Part shown: in pieces, positions 18,901 through 26,758 of the stretch
Layout: each line of letters opens with the position of its first letter
Numbering within the stretch: the stretch's first letter is position 1
NCBI RefSeq assembly: GCF_000737315.1
Contig: NZ_JMCB01000016.1
Location: 10,052 to 74,051, forward strand
DNA length: 64,000 nucleotides
From: Hyalangium minutum
GTDB lineage: Bacteria; Myxococcota; Myxococcia; Myxococcales; Myxococcaceae
Direction: 5' to 3'
Position numbers and translations under genes: made by a program
The notes under the pieces: model-generated
What the model saw: the letters and a program-made list of their open reading frames with translations, nothing else
Database searches by the model: none
Told to the model about the DNA's origin: nothing

Positions 18901-19095
18901 CAAGCTGTGGGTGATGAATTCCGTCATGCGCACGGCGCACTCACGCCATCTGCGGCGTCCAAATTTAAAGCGTTCGTGGAAACGGCCGACGTCGCCCAAT
19001 GGGAGCGTATTGTGGCTCGGTGTTCGCTAAATGTCCGAGCTGAGGATGTACGCATCATCTGGAGGCAAATGCAGGGTATCGCAGAGCGAGGATAA
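15946..19095 (+). CDS. Ski2-like DEAD/DEAH-box helicase, HamB-like
   Basis: MPTSAGKT, PTRALATQ, ATPEKLD, VDEAHLL, FHHSAL, ATSTLAQGMNFP, NIAGRAGR; about 300-aa helical N-terminal extension; foreign codon usage. Confidence 0.9.
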   Translation: MDEFLQLAEAQEVSTLLSKVDTAELAVRLGIDTVTTPPKAEARLRVAAVTAFAQRINELGGSDFLRNDTDALDAVHEQAWRAVFYKWTGYLSAMEAQGASPSIDDLILAVASGLAARRPSDVRFMLHRPLVGTALARAATAQPMWDQRVRNDIGRSLVHLVRQRDHADVAESGEVIRQLMVNQKTAESQRFEQQSTKSGAFGLLGLYHLAEATIRTSEFLLSGAAGNGERKNRDFAPQLRRLLTRAEEYLELAGDPEALLWLTGVALVLECIRSDSLWTQARGISEGLDALLATITSNEREKPVFSLLPSQQEALRQHLLDPTRVAVVLQMPTSAGKTLLAEFAIVQAFEAYKTGTRAIYLCPTRALATQIRRTLGEDLARVGIQVSVAGSAFEEDPFELELLESSDGVIVATPEKLDLLLRAHPTWAETLRLVIVDEAHLLKDSERGVRLELLLANLRREHPATRLLLLTPFVENASQIASWLGESRGTPISVHWRPSRVLLGLATIKGGGKNRALTVEWKEPHESARKPDNLKVHVDVPAGLVNSAQDRVAYLYERFSKLGTVLTICSNSRVAAEQVASKVAFAQPVLASTTPALRVAIALARHDYGDESLLANCLERGVAFHHSALSPTLRYLVEDQIRAGTIKFVAATSTLAQGMNFPVAAVLVQSVHKPEGAGPLTPGEFWNIAGRAGRVGVADRGVIVFVNPQDREHWEKYSSSLSESLTSALLSILGQLGDGASLKELYKKHPELRPFIQYLAHAAATLGPAKATADLEELLQASLANRQVKSGVQAQRLRTIARSYLREIGGKNTGYLKIADTTGLGSFSFDSLFAQITHDEVLRSGPGEILRQRQRGLDHLVDALQWLPELNLAIGLGEGQMDVQAVARIVQGWMDGSPIHKLASEFRGKDLPEQTRKAGAYVYSKVSQTISWGAHAYLRGWSMRANIDVDKIPPKDAMLPTYIQYGVHSPEAAVASLLGVPRAFSQAVGDEFRHAHGALTPSAASKFKAFVETADVAQWERIVARCSLNVRAEDVRIIWRQMQGIAERG

Positions 19096-19503
19096 CCTTC
19101 CCGTGCATATGATCAGTAGGCTTAATCCAATTGCCTACAGCGGCAACCTCTACATGTCTGCAGCGGTTCGCACATTCGCAATTCTCTGGGACACCTCCTT
19201 TCTGGATGCTTGAAAGACAAAGTCGTCAGCGCTTGAGTCCTAAAGCAGAACCCAAGCATCGACTTTCTCATAGAGGTCATATGAAGCGGTCGTTCGGGGC
19301 GCAGTTGGAGTTCTGCTCATATGTTCCTTGGCATGGGCTCAAGACAGGCAGTTCCAAAGTTTCAGGTTAATTGGGCGACTGCAGACTGGGTGAACACTGG
19401 CCGATCTTGCCTCTCCTTGGAGGGTGATGGCTCCCTGCAAGGCAGAGCCAAAGAATTGGATGAAAGACACGGTCTTGCCTTGCTCACTGCTCCTGCTCCG
19501 CTT

Positions 19504-19832
19504 CTGGCGGTGCTCCTGAGAGATAGGAACCACCACCTGGACGAGAACGTGGAACCTCAGAACCCTCTGTTCGAGCTCGCGAGGACTGATCGATTCGATG
19601 TGGGCACCGCCGTTGACGACAGTCGGAGATACGACGACGTCGCCTATTGGCGGATTCGCGGAAGAGAGCAGCAATTGATTGATTTCCTCGGGGGAGCCCG
19701 CTCCGACACCGGAGAGCCCTACCAGACCGAGAACGCCGTGCGCGGCGTGGCAAAAGACAATCCGCAAGGCCGACGCTTCCACGATGCCGCCACGGAACTG
19801 TGGGCCCACTTCACCCTTACGCGGGATACTAG
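19504..19832 (+). pseudogene. C-terminal remnant of a URI-fold-like polymorphic toxin
   Basis: LRDRNHHLDE...YWRIRGREQQLIDFLGGARSDTG...DNPQGRRFHDAA aligns with the toxin at 61494-62615. N-terminus absent. Restoring one G at tgggccc gives WGPLHPYAGY-stop, matching WGQIHQYTGY-stop. Confidence 0.85.
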
Positions 19833-19834
19833 AG

Positions 19835-20240
19835 ATGCTGCGGATCTACAAGCCGGGCTCGTTCTTGAGAATACCTCTTGCCGACGGCTCTTGGGGGTAC
19901 GGCCGGGTGCTCAAGTTGCCGCATGATGCCTATTACGATTAATGGTTCGCCATATGGAGGAGAGAGCGTGGGAACTCATCGGGTGGAGGGAACTGGAGGA
20001 GCCGTTTTCTCAACCTATCCTCCACTATACCCAGGACATTGGGAACTTCCGCGACTGCAGGATCTTCGGCACCGCAGGCAATTCGAGGAGCGCGGAACCC
20101 CAAGAGGTATTGGGCTTGAGTACTCGGCTGTCTGGGAAGAGGTGGGAGTCGAGCAACGTCTGCTCGACTCCTTCATGGGGCGGCCCAACGCCTCGGTGGA
20201 GCGCTTGAAGGTGCGCCTGAAACTAGGAGGCTCCCCATGA
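19835..20240 (+). pseudogene. Disrupted Imm26-family immunity gene
   Basis: MLRIYKPGSFLRIPLADGSWGYGRVL then TAA at 19940-19942. The remainder (WELIGWRELEE...; AVWEEVGVEQRLLDSFMGRPNA) lies in shifted frames and is paralogous to 62619-63077. Confidence 0.85.
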
Positions 20241-21607
20241 AGCGCTGGGCGGTTGTGCTGCTGTTCGCATCCCTCGTGGGGTGCACCCCAACGAAGGTCG
20301 TCCGCCTGGACACAGGCCAGGGCAGGCCGATCATCCACGTCCCGCGCCGTGACTTGGGGCCGGTGGAGGTGAGCCAAGAGAAGTTCAAGGAAGCCGTAGC
20401 CGAGCACTCCCCCTCCGTGCCAGCCGTGGAGCGGCCTCTAGAATACGCCGGGCGGTTGTTCGATGTGCCGGAGCGAAGCGGTTGGTTCTGGTACGAAGGC
20501 AGGAGTCAGCGGCTCATGGCCTCGGAGCCGGGGAGTACCCCGAACCTGCGATTGCTGCCCGAGGACGGGGAACTGAAGCGCCGCTACCTGCTGTGGTGCG
20601 AGGAACTCTGGGGCGGCGGAGATTGCCTGCGGTTGCTGGTGGACAAGCCCTTCCTGGATGGGGATGCCAAGTACGCGCTGGCCATGGCCATTGCTCACAG
20701 CAAGGTGCTGGGGGCCATGAAAGAGGAACTCGCCCGGATGGTGAACCCCCAGGCGGTGGTGGCGACCGTAGTGGGCGGCCTGACCATGTACGCAATATTG
20801 CTCGCCCTGCCCGAGCCGGTGAGCAAGGGCGTGGCGGCGCTGTTGACGCTGGGGGCCATCGCCTACCTGGGCTGGGACACGGTATGGCGGCTCATGGATG
20901 GGTGGCTGGTGTTGATGAAGGAAGTGGATCAGGCCACCACCTTCGACGGCATCTCCGCGTCCGGAGAGAAGTTCGGGGACACAATGGGGGAGAAGGCGGC
21001 ACGAGCCTTCGTCATGTTGGGCACGGTGGCCCTGGGAAACACGGCTTCGGGGATGGCTGCGACATTGCCGAAGTTGCCAGGGGCCGGGCAAGCGGCGGTG
21101 GTGGCCGAGACGCAGCTGAACCTCCGCTTCACGGCCCCTTCTCTGGCCCAGGTGGAGTCGGTCGCCATCACTGCCGAGGGCGTCACCATCGCGCTGGCTC
21201 CCAATGCAGTCGCCATGGTGGCTCGCGACAGTTCAAGCAGCACCGTGGGAAGATTCAGGGCAGGCACTTACGGTGATCTCAAGAATGCTGGCATCAAGGA
21301 CGCGCACCATGTGATTCAAGATGCCGCCGTTCGTGAGCTGCCCGGATATGACAGTCGTGCAGCCCCTGCTGTTGAACTGAAGGGGCCAGCGACGCGCGTT
21401 GGCACTGCACACTATGAGGCGACTCAGGTTCAGCGTCAGGCTGGGGGAGGGACCTATGCGGACGAGCGCAGGATCGCCTATGAGGCCCTGCGACGCGCGG
21501 GACTGTCTCATGAGGAGGCGCAAACGCTGATTGGCCGCGCCGATGACTACTTCAAATCGATCGGTGTCACGCCATCAACACCGACCAGAATCCCTGGCAA
21601 CCGGTAG
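20237..21607 (+). CDS. SitA5-type lipoprotein polymorphic toxin with a putative HNH/EndoVII-fold nuclease tip
   Basis: Lipobox LVG-C then TKVVRLDTGQG; conserved myxobacterial core (CLRLL, DAKYALAMAIA, GWDTVWRLMDGW); C-terminal DAHHVIQDAA...TAHYEAT. Confidence 0.8.
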   Translation: MKRWAVVLLFASLVGCTPTKVVRLDTGQGRPIIHVPRRDLGPVEVSQEKFKEAVAEHSPSVPAVERPLEYAGRLFDVPERSGWFWYEGRSQRLMASEPGSTPNLRLLPEDGELKRRYLLWCEELWGGGDCLRLLVDKPFLDGDAKYALAMAIAHSKVLGAMKEELARMVNPQAVVATVVGGLTMYAILLALPEPVSKGVAALLTLGAIAYLGWDTVWRLMDGWLVLMKEVDQATTFDGISASGEKFGDTMGEKAARAFVMLGTVALGNTASGMAATLPKLPGAGQAAVVAETQLNLRFTAPSLAQVESVAITAEGVTIALAPNAVAMVARDSSSSTVGRFRAGTYGDLKNAGIKDAHHVIQDAAVRELPGYDSRAAPAVELKGPATRVGTAHYEATQVQRQAGGGTYADERRIAYEALRRAGLSHEEAQTLIGRADDYFKSIGVTPSTPTRIPGNR

Positions 21608-21618
21608 GAGGCCCCACC

Positions 21619-21954
21619 GTGGACATGAAATTGATGGGTCAGGTTCGGCGTCTGATAGAGGATCTGGCGGCAGGGCGGTATGCGGAGATCGCCGCGGATG
21701 GTCGAGCAGGGCGCCTCACTGAGGAGGAGTTGAGAACGGCTGTCGAGCAGTATGGGCGGACTCTCGTTCCCTTGCCAGTTGACGGTGAGATGCTTGTAGA
21801 TGTCTATGCGCAGACGTCTCAGCCGGGTGCGGTCACCCTAGATGTACCTCTGTGGACCCGGGAGGAAGGCCGCAGCGACCTGACACTTTCGGTGACGGCG
21901 ATCAAGCAGGGTGAAGCCTACACAGTCGAAGTGGACGATCTGCATGTTCTTTAG
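21619..21954 (+). CDS. Probable cognate immunity protein
   Basis: Small acidic protein directly after the toxin, with ggagg RBS; DVPLWTREEGRSDLTL motif. Confidence 0.7.
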   Translation: MDMKLMGQVRRLIEDLAAGRYAEIAADGRAGRLTEEELRTAVEQYGRTLVPLPVDGEMLVDVYAQTSQPGAVTLDVPLWTREEGRSDLTLSVTAIKQGEAYTVEVDDLHVL

Positions 21955-21969
21955 TGGCTGGTACTGAGG

Positions 21970-23364
21970 TTATCGGAAATCCGGAGGCGCGGACGTGGGC
22001 GGCGGTTTGCGGCGCGTGCCCATAGATGGTGCGTAGCAGCGGCCCTTGATGAAGACCAAGCTGTTCTTCTCGCACTCCTCGGCATCTTTGGTGGGAACTT
22101 CCACCCAGCAGCCTCCGTTGAGGGAAATCTGCTTGGAGCCAGGGCAGCGGCCTTTCGCATCAGGGGTGAGCTGTCCCGGAAAGGGCTCCGGAGGTGGGGC
22201 TTGGCTGATCGTCTTGGGCTGGGAGGAGCTTTGTTCCGGTGGCGGCTGGGGCTGTGGCGTCGTCTCGCCCAGGTTGGCGGTGTCTCTCTCTGTTCGTTTT
22301 GAGAGCGAGGCCACCGGCTCTTCCACGGACTCGATGTGGGATGGCGCGTGCACGGCCTTCCAGGCCCAAAGCACGAGGAGTGCTCCCGCGAGCACCCATG
22401 CGCTCCGGATGCTCCACGACCTCCCGCCCACTCGAGGAGGGATGCGAGAGCCTCCCGCCTGCTTCTCCACACATGACGCAGCGGCTTCCAGTGCTTCTGC
22501 GAGTTCTCTGGCGGTGCCGCGAGCCTCTGGGGACACTGAGAGCATGCGGACAATGAGCGCGCTGAGCTGGGCATCCAAGCGCGGATTGAGTTCCTGGGGA
22601 GAGGGCAGGGGGAGCGCATCCAAAGTCCAGGCGCCTGCGTCATCCTGTAGGAGCCCAGCGGTGAAGGGATACTCGCCGGTGACGAGCCGGTAGGCTGTCA
22701 CTCCCAGCGCGTACACGTCATCCGCGGGTCCGGCCACGTAATGAGCGTCCTGGGAGTGCTCGGAGCGGCGCTCGAACAGCCACGCTTCGGGAGAGCGGTA
22801 GGGCGGAGTCCCCGGCGGCAGGGGCTCCCACGTCAACCTCGCGGCACAGGGATAGTTGCCGGCGCCAAAGTCCGTCAGCACGGCCTGGCCATCCGAGTGG
22901 CGCACCAGCATATTGTCGCCCTTCACGTCCCGGTGCACCGCGCCGGCGGCATGGGTCGCTTCGAGCGCCCGTGCCAGCTGCGCCAGCATCTGGAGCACCT
23001 GCAGGTTCGTGGGGTGGTGCTCGAGCGCCCACGTGTACAGCGGCGTGCCCTGAATCCACTCCATGATGATGTACGGAAAGAACGTGCCCGATGGGTGCCG
23101 CCAGAAGCCATGGCCGAGCAGTCGCGGGATGCTCGGGTGGTGCACGAGCGACAGCAGCCCCACCTCCCGCATGAAGCGCGGATCCCACGGGCGCATGGCC
23201 ATCTTGAGAGCCACGGGGCCTGCGGACGCCTGGCCGATGCGGACGGCGCGGTAGACCACCCCATAGGCGCCGTGCCCGTGGTAGTCCACCAACAGCCAGT
23301 CGTGCACCCGGGTGCCCAGGGGAGGACCGAAGAGAAGACCCGTGGGCTCTGACGCGCGTTCCAT
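21970..23364 (-). CDS. Myxobacterial Ser/Thr protein kinase with TM helix and Cys-containing C-terminal tail
   Basis: GHGAYGVVY, VALKMA, HRDVKGDN, TDFG, GTPPYRSPE, DVYALG; TM segment AWVLAGALLVLWAW; GRCPG...GGCWV tail. Confidence 0.93.
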   Translation of the reverse strand: MERASEPTGLLFGPPLGTRVHDWLLVDYHGHGAYGVVYRAVRIGQASAGPVALKMAMRPWDPRFMREVGLLSLVHHPSIPRLLGHGFWRHPSGTFFPYIIMEWIQGTPLYTWALEHHPTNLQVLQMLAQLARALEATHAAGAVHRDVKGDNMLVRHSDGQAVLTDFGAGNYPCAARLTWEPLPPGTPPYRSPEAWLFERRSEHSQDAHYVAGPADDVYALGVTAYRLVTGEYPFTAGLLQDDAGAWTLDALPLPSPQELNPRLDAQLSALIVRMLSVSPEARGTARELAEALEAAASCVEKQAGGSRIPPRVGGRSWSIRSAWVLAGALLVLWAWKAVHAPSHIESVEEPVASLSKRTERDTANLGETTPQPQPPPEQSSSQPKTISQAPPPEPFPGQLTPDAKGRCPGSKQISLNGGCWVEVPTKDAEECEKNSLVFIKGRCYAPSMGTRRKPPPTSAPPDFR

Positions 23365-23483
23365 GGAGATGCCTCACAGCGCGGAAGGCCGTCGCCTCCC
23401 GCTTCTGTGGCATCCTACCTGATAGGTCGGCAGGGGGAACGGTTTGCTACGACACGGTCCGGTGGACCTAGAAGCCGAATGGC

Positions 23484-25715
23484 TCAGCGTGGACCGCCGA
23501 GGGTTCGGACGAAGAACAGCTGGATGTCGTCGAAGTAGTAGCGGTCCGCGGGCGGCCGGGGACCGTGGGGCTCTCCCGGCATGATGAGCATCTCGAAGTG
23601 CTTGCCTGCGCGGATCAGCGCGTCGGCCATGCGCATCGTCGTGGAGAGGGAGGCGTTCACGTCGCTGGAGCCATGCATCATCTTGAGCGGCCCTTGAAGG
23701 TTCCCGGCCAGGGCCATGTTGGACCCGGCCTGGTAGCCGGCGGGATTCACGCTGGGGAGGCCGAGGTAGGGCTCGTTGATGATCGCCTCCTCCTCCAGCG
23801 CGCCCGGGGCTCCCGCGTAGCCCGCCTTGAAGAACTCCGGAGCCATCAGCATGCCACGCAGGGCGAAGTAGCCGCCCCACGAGTGGCCGAAGATCCCGAC
23901 ACGCTCCATATCCATCCAGGGACGGGTGGTGGCGGCCTGCTTGAGGCCCGCGACGTAGTCGGGAATCTCGGTCTGGCCGACCCGGCCATAGGTCGCGTCC
24001 TGAAAGGCTTTGCTCCGGCCCGGAGTGCCCCGGGGATCGAGCACCATGACGATGAAGCCCATCTGCGCGAGGCCCTGTGCGTGGAGCGACGAGGCGGTGC
24101 CGATGAAGTTCCAGGGCACGACCGTCATGAATTGTCCTGCATAGATATAGGCGATGACCGGATAGCGCCTGGCCGGGTCGAAATCGCGCGGCTTGTAGAG
24201 CACGCCGTGCAGGGGCGTGGTGCCATCGGCGGCCAGGACGGTGAGTGCCTCCGGAGGCTTGTAGCCCAGCTCCTCGAGGGCGCTCGCATCGGCCGTCGTG
24301 AGACGAAAGCGGGTCTTGCCGTCCGTGGACACCATGTCCCGCAGCCGCGGCTGCGTCCGAGAGGACCAGGCGTCCACGTAGTAGCTGCCGGAAGGGGAGA
24401 AGGCGATCCGGTGGATGCCCGAGCCTGACGACATCCGCTTCAGCGCGCCGCCCTTGAGGCTTCCCCGGTAGAGCAGGTGCTCGTACGGCGCAGCGCTGTC
24501 GGCGGAGGCCAGCAGGAAGACCGCGTCGCCCTTCGGCGCGACGCCGGCCACTTGATGGATGGGGAAGGCGCCTCGGGTGACCTGGCGCACGAGCTTCCCT
24601 GCGAAGTCGTACAGGTAGACGTGCCGCCATCCGTCACGCTCGGACAACCAGAGGAAGCCGGTGTCGTCCGGCAGCGGTGTCACTTGGCGTGCCCAGCCCT
24701 CCTCGGCGAAGTCCAACCCGGCCACGAAGCTCTCCGGCCGCTCCTCGCGCAGCACCCGCCGGCGCTTCCCCGAGCCAGGCTCCACCGCGGAGAGGTCCAG
24801 CCGCTTGCCGTCGCGCGACATGTGAAGGATCAGCGCCTCTCCGCTGCCGGGGCGCCAGCCGGCGAACCAGTCATAGGTCTCTTCTTCCAGGGGAGGGATG
24901 GGGGTCACGCGGCCGGTGGCCGGTTCGATCACGTAGAACTCCGAGCGCCCCAGCGGCGTGCCCGTCTTGACGTAGGGAACCAGGGTCACCCGCTCGAGGG
25001 CACTCGAGTAGTCCACGATCGGAATCTTGTGAGCGCCGCGCAGATCGTTGCGCCAGACCATCAGGAAGCGGCTGTCGGGAGACCAGGCCCTCTCGGGAAG
25101 CTGCCAGCCGTAGTTCTCCTCTCCGCTGCGTTCGATCCGCGTGCGTCCGTCGCCACCCAGCACCGCGAAGCCACCATCGCGCTGCACCGCGACGGCTTGA
25201 CCATCGGGAGCGAGGAGGTTGCCTCGGGACGAGGCCAGGGCAGCCAGGTCCGTCGGAGCCAGCGCCGTGACGCGGCCATCCGACAGGCCCAGGCCGAAGA
25301 AACGTTCCTCGATCCGAAAGACGATCCCCCGCTGGTCCGGAGCGATGGCGAAGCCCAGCTGGTCCGGCAGCTGAACCGGCTTCCCCATCAGCCGTGAGAG
25401 CTGGGTCCGCAGCTCGGCGCTGGGCAGCAGCGGCTTCATGGCTCCGGTCCGAGCATGAACCAAAATCCAGGTGCCCGCGTCCGGCCCCACCGCCGACCAG
25501 AAGATCAGCTGGTCTCCCTCTCGGAGCCATTGCTGCGGGATCAGGCTGTCGCGAACGAGCTGCGGGAGCCGCAGGTACTGATCGGAGAGGTCCAGCCGCG
25601 CCTGCAGCTGCTTGTCCGGCGTGGCGGAGGCTGGAGCACCGGGCTCGAGCGCCAGCATGGGCGTACCCGCGAGGGTGGTGATCAGGATGCCGAAGCGGAA
25701 GAGGAGGCGTCGCAT
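23484..25715 (-). CDS. S9-family dipeptidyl peptidase IV-like protein
   Basis: Signal peptide, beta-propeller region, GHSWGG nucleophile, HGSSDVN, GEPH. Confidence 0.9.
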   Translation of the reverse strand: MRRLLFRFGILITTLAGTPMLALEPGAPASATPDKQLQARLDLSDQYLRLPQLVRDSLIPQQWLREGDQLIFWSAVGPDAGTWILVHARTGAMKPLLPSAELRTQLSRLMGKPVQLPDQLGFAIAPDQRGIVFRIEERFFGLGLSDGRVTALAPTDLAALASSRGNLLAPDGQAVAVQRDGGFAVLGGDGRTRIERSGEENYGWQLPERAWSPDSRFLMVWRNDLRGAHKIPIVDYSSALERVTLVPYVKTGTPLGRSEFYVIEPATGRVTPIPPLEEETYDWFAGWRPGSGEALILHMSRDGKRLDLSAVEPGSGKRRRVLREERPESFVAGLDFAEEGWARQVTPLPDDTGFLWLSERDGWRHVYLYDFAGKLVRQVTRGAFPIHQVAGVAPKGDAVFLLASADSAAPYEHLLYRGSLKGGALKRMSSGSGIHRIAFSPSGSYYVDAWSSRTQPRLRDMVSTDGKTRFRLTTADASALEELGYKPPEALTVLAADGTTPLHGVLYKPRDFDPARRYPVIAYIYAGQFMTVVPWNFIGTASSLHAQGLAQMGFIVMVLDPRGTPGRSKAFQDATYGRVGQTEIPDYVAGLKQAATTRPWMDMERVGIFGHSWGGYFALRGMLMAPEFFKAGYAGAPGALEEEAIINEPYLGLPSVNPAGYQAGSNMALAGNLQGPLKMMHGSSDVNASLSTTMRMADALIRAGKHFEMLIMPGEPHGPRPPADRYYFDDIQLFFVRTLGGPR

Positions 25716-25791
25716 GACCGCAGGGTAGGAAACGGGATCATGCACTACCAATATCTCTTTCACCCTGGATTCAGACGGATAGCGTCTGGAT

Positions 25792-26685
25792 ATGGAATTC
25801 CGCCAGCTTCAGCTCTTCGTCGCCGTAGCGGAGGAGCTGCACTTCGGCCGGGCCGCTGCCCGGGTAGGGATGGCCCAGCCGCCGTTCAGCCAGCAGATCC
25901 GCAAGCTCGAGGCCGAGCTGGGGGTGGAGCTGCTCACCCGGACGAGTCGCCGCGTGGCTCTGACCCCCGCGGGGAGCCGCTTCCTGGACGACGCCCGGGA
26001 GCTGCTGTCGAGGCGCGTGGAGGTGATCTCCACGGTCCGGCGGGCAGCCCAAGGAGAGACAGGGCCCCTGAGGGTCGGCTTCGGTGCGTCGTCGGCCTTC
26101 GGGATCCTCCCTCGCATCGTGCTCCGGTTCCGGTCACGGTTTCCGGAGGTGAAGCTCGAGCTCGACGATCGCGAGAAGCTGGACGTCGGTGTCGCGCTCA
26201 GCACCGGCGATCTGGATCTCGCCATCGTCCGGGCCCCTTTTCGGCATGACGGAGTGACGGTCGAACAGCTGCTCCGGGAACGGTTCGTGCTAGCGCTCCC
26301 CGCGCGGCACCCCAGAGCGCGCCAGAAGGTCGTTGCCCTGGCCTCGCTGGCGAGCGAACCCTTCATCCTCTTTCCCCGGCACGCGGCTCCAGGCCTGCAC
26401 GACACGATCACCAGCATGTGTCTCGGCGCGGGCTTCTCGCCGCTCATCCACCAGGAAGCCAGCTCCTGGCCGTCGGTCGTCGGCATGGTGGAAGCGGGGC
26501 TTGGGATCACCATCGCGCCGATGTCGGCCCAGGCGCTGCGGCCGCAGGGAGTGGTGTTCAGGGAGCTGAGCGGCGCCCCTGGATGGGCGGAGCTGGCGGT
26601 CGCCTTCCGAGGTCCGCAACTCATGCCTGCGGCGGCGCACTTCCGTGCGATCGCGCATGAGACCGTCACGCTGACCCGGGAGTGA
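25792..26685 (+). CDS. LysR-family transcriptional regulator
   Basis: LHFGRAAARVGMAQPPFSQQIRKLEAELG HTH; divergent from the S9 peptidase. Confidence 0.95.
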   Translation: MEFRQLQLFVAVAEELHFGRAAARVGMAQPPFSQQIRKLEAELGVELLTRTSRRVALTPAGSRFLDDARELLSRRVEVISTVRRAAQGETGPLRVGFGASSAFGILPRIVLRFRSRFPEVKLELDDREKLDVGVALSTGDLDLAIVRAPFRHDGVTVEQLLRERFVLALPARHPRARQKVVALASLASEPFILFPRHAAPGLHDTITSMCLGAGFSPLIHQEASSWPSVVGMVEAGLGITIAPMSAQALRPQGVVFRELSGAPGWAELAVAFRGPQLMPAAAHFRAIAHETVTLTRE

Positions 26686-26758
26686 CGTATGGACCGCGCG
26701 GCTCGTTTCATAGTATCCGGCGCGAGGCCAACGTCCTAGGTCCTTTCAGGGAAAAGAG

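Noticed and set aside
19096-19500. Third gene of the helicase system (HamC-like)
   Set aside because: Only short ORFs without motifs or RBS; appears to be non-coding island spacer.
19321-19926. 201-aa ORF as an intact gene
   Set aside because: Chimeric: the first ~60 codons are island spacer, and the end reads out of frame into the Imm26 remnant.
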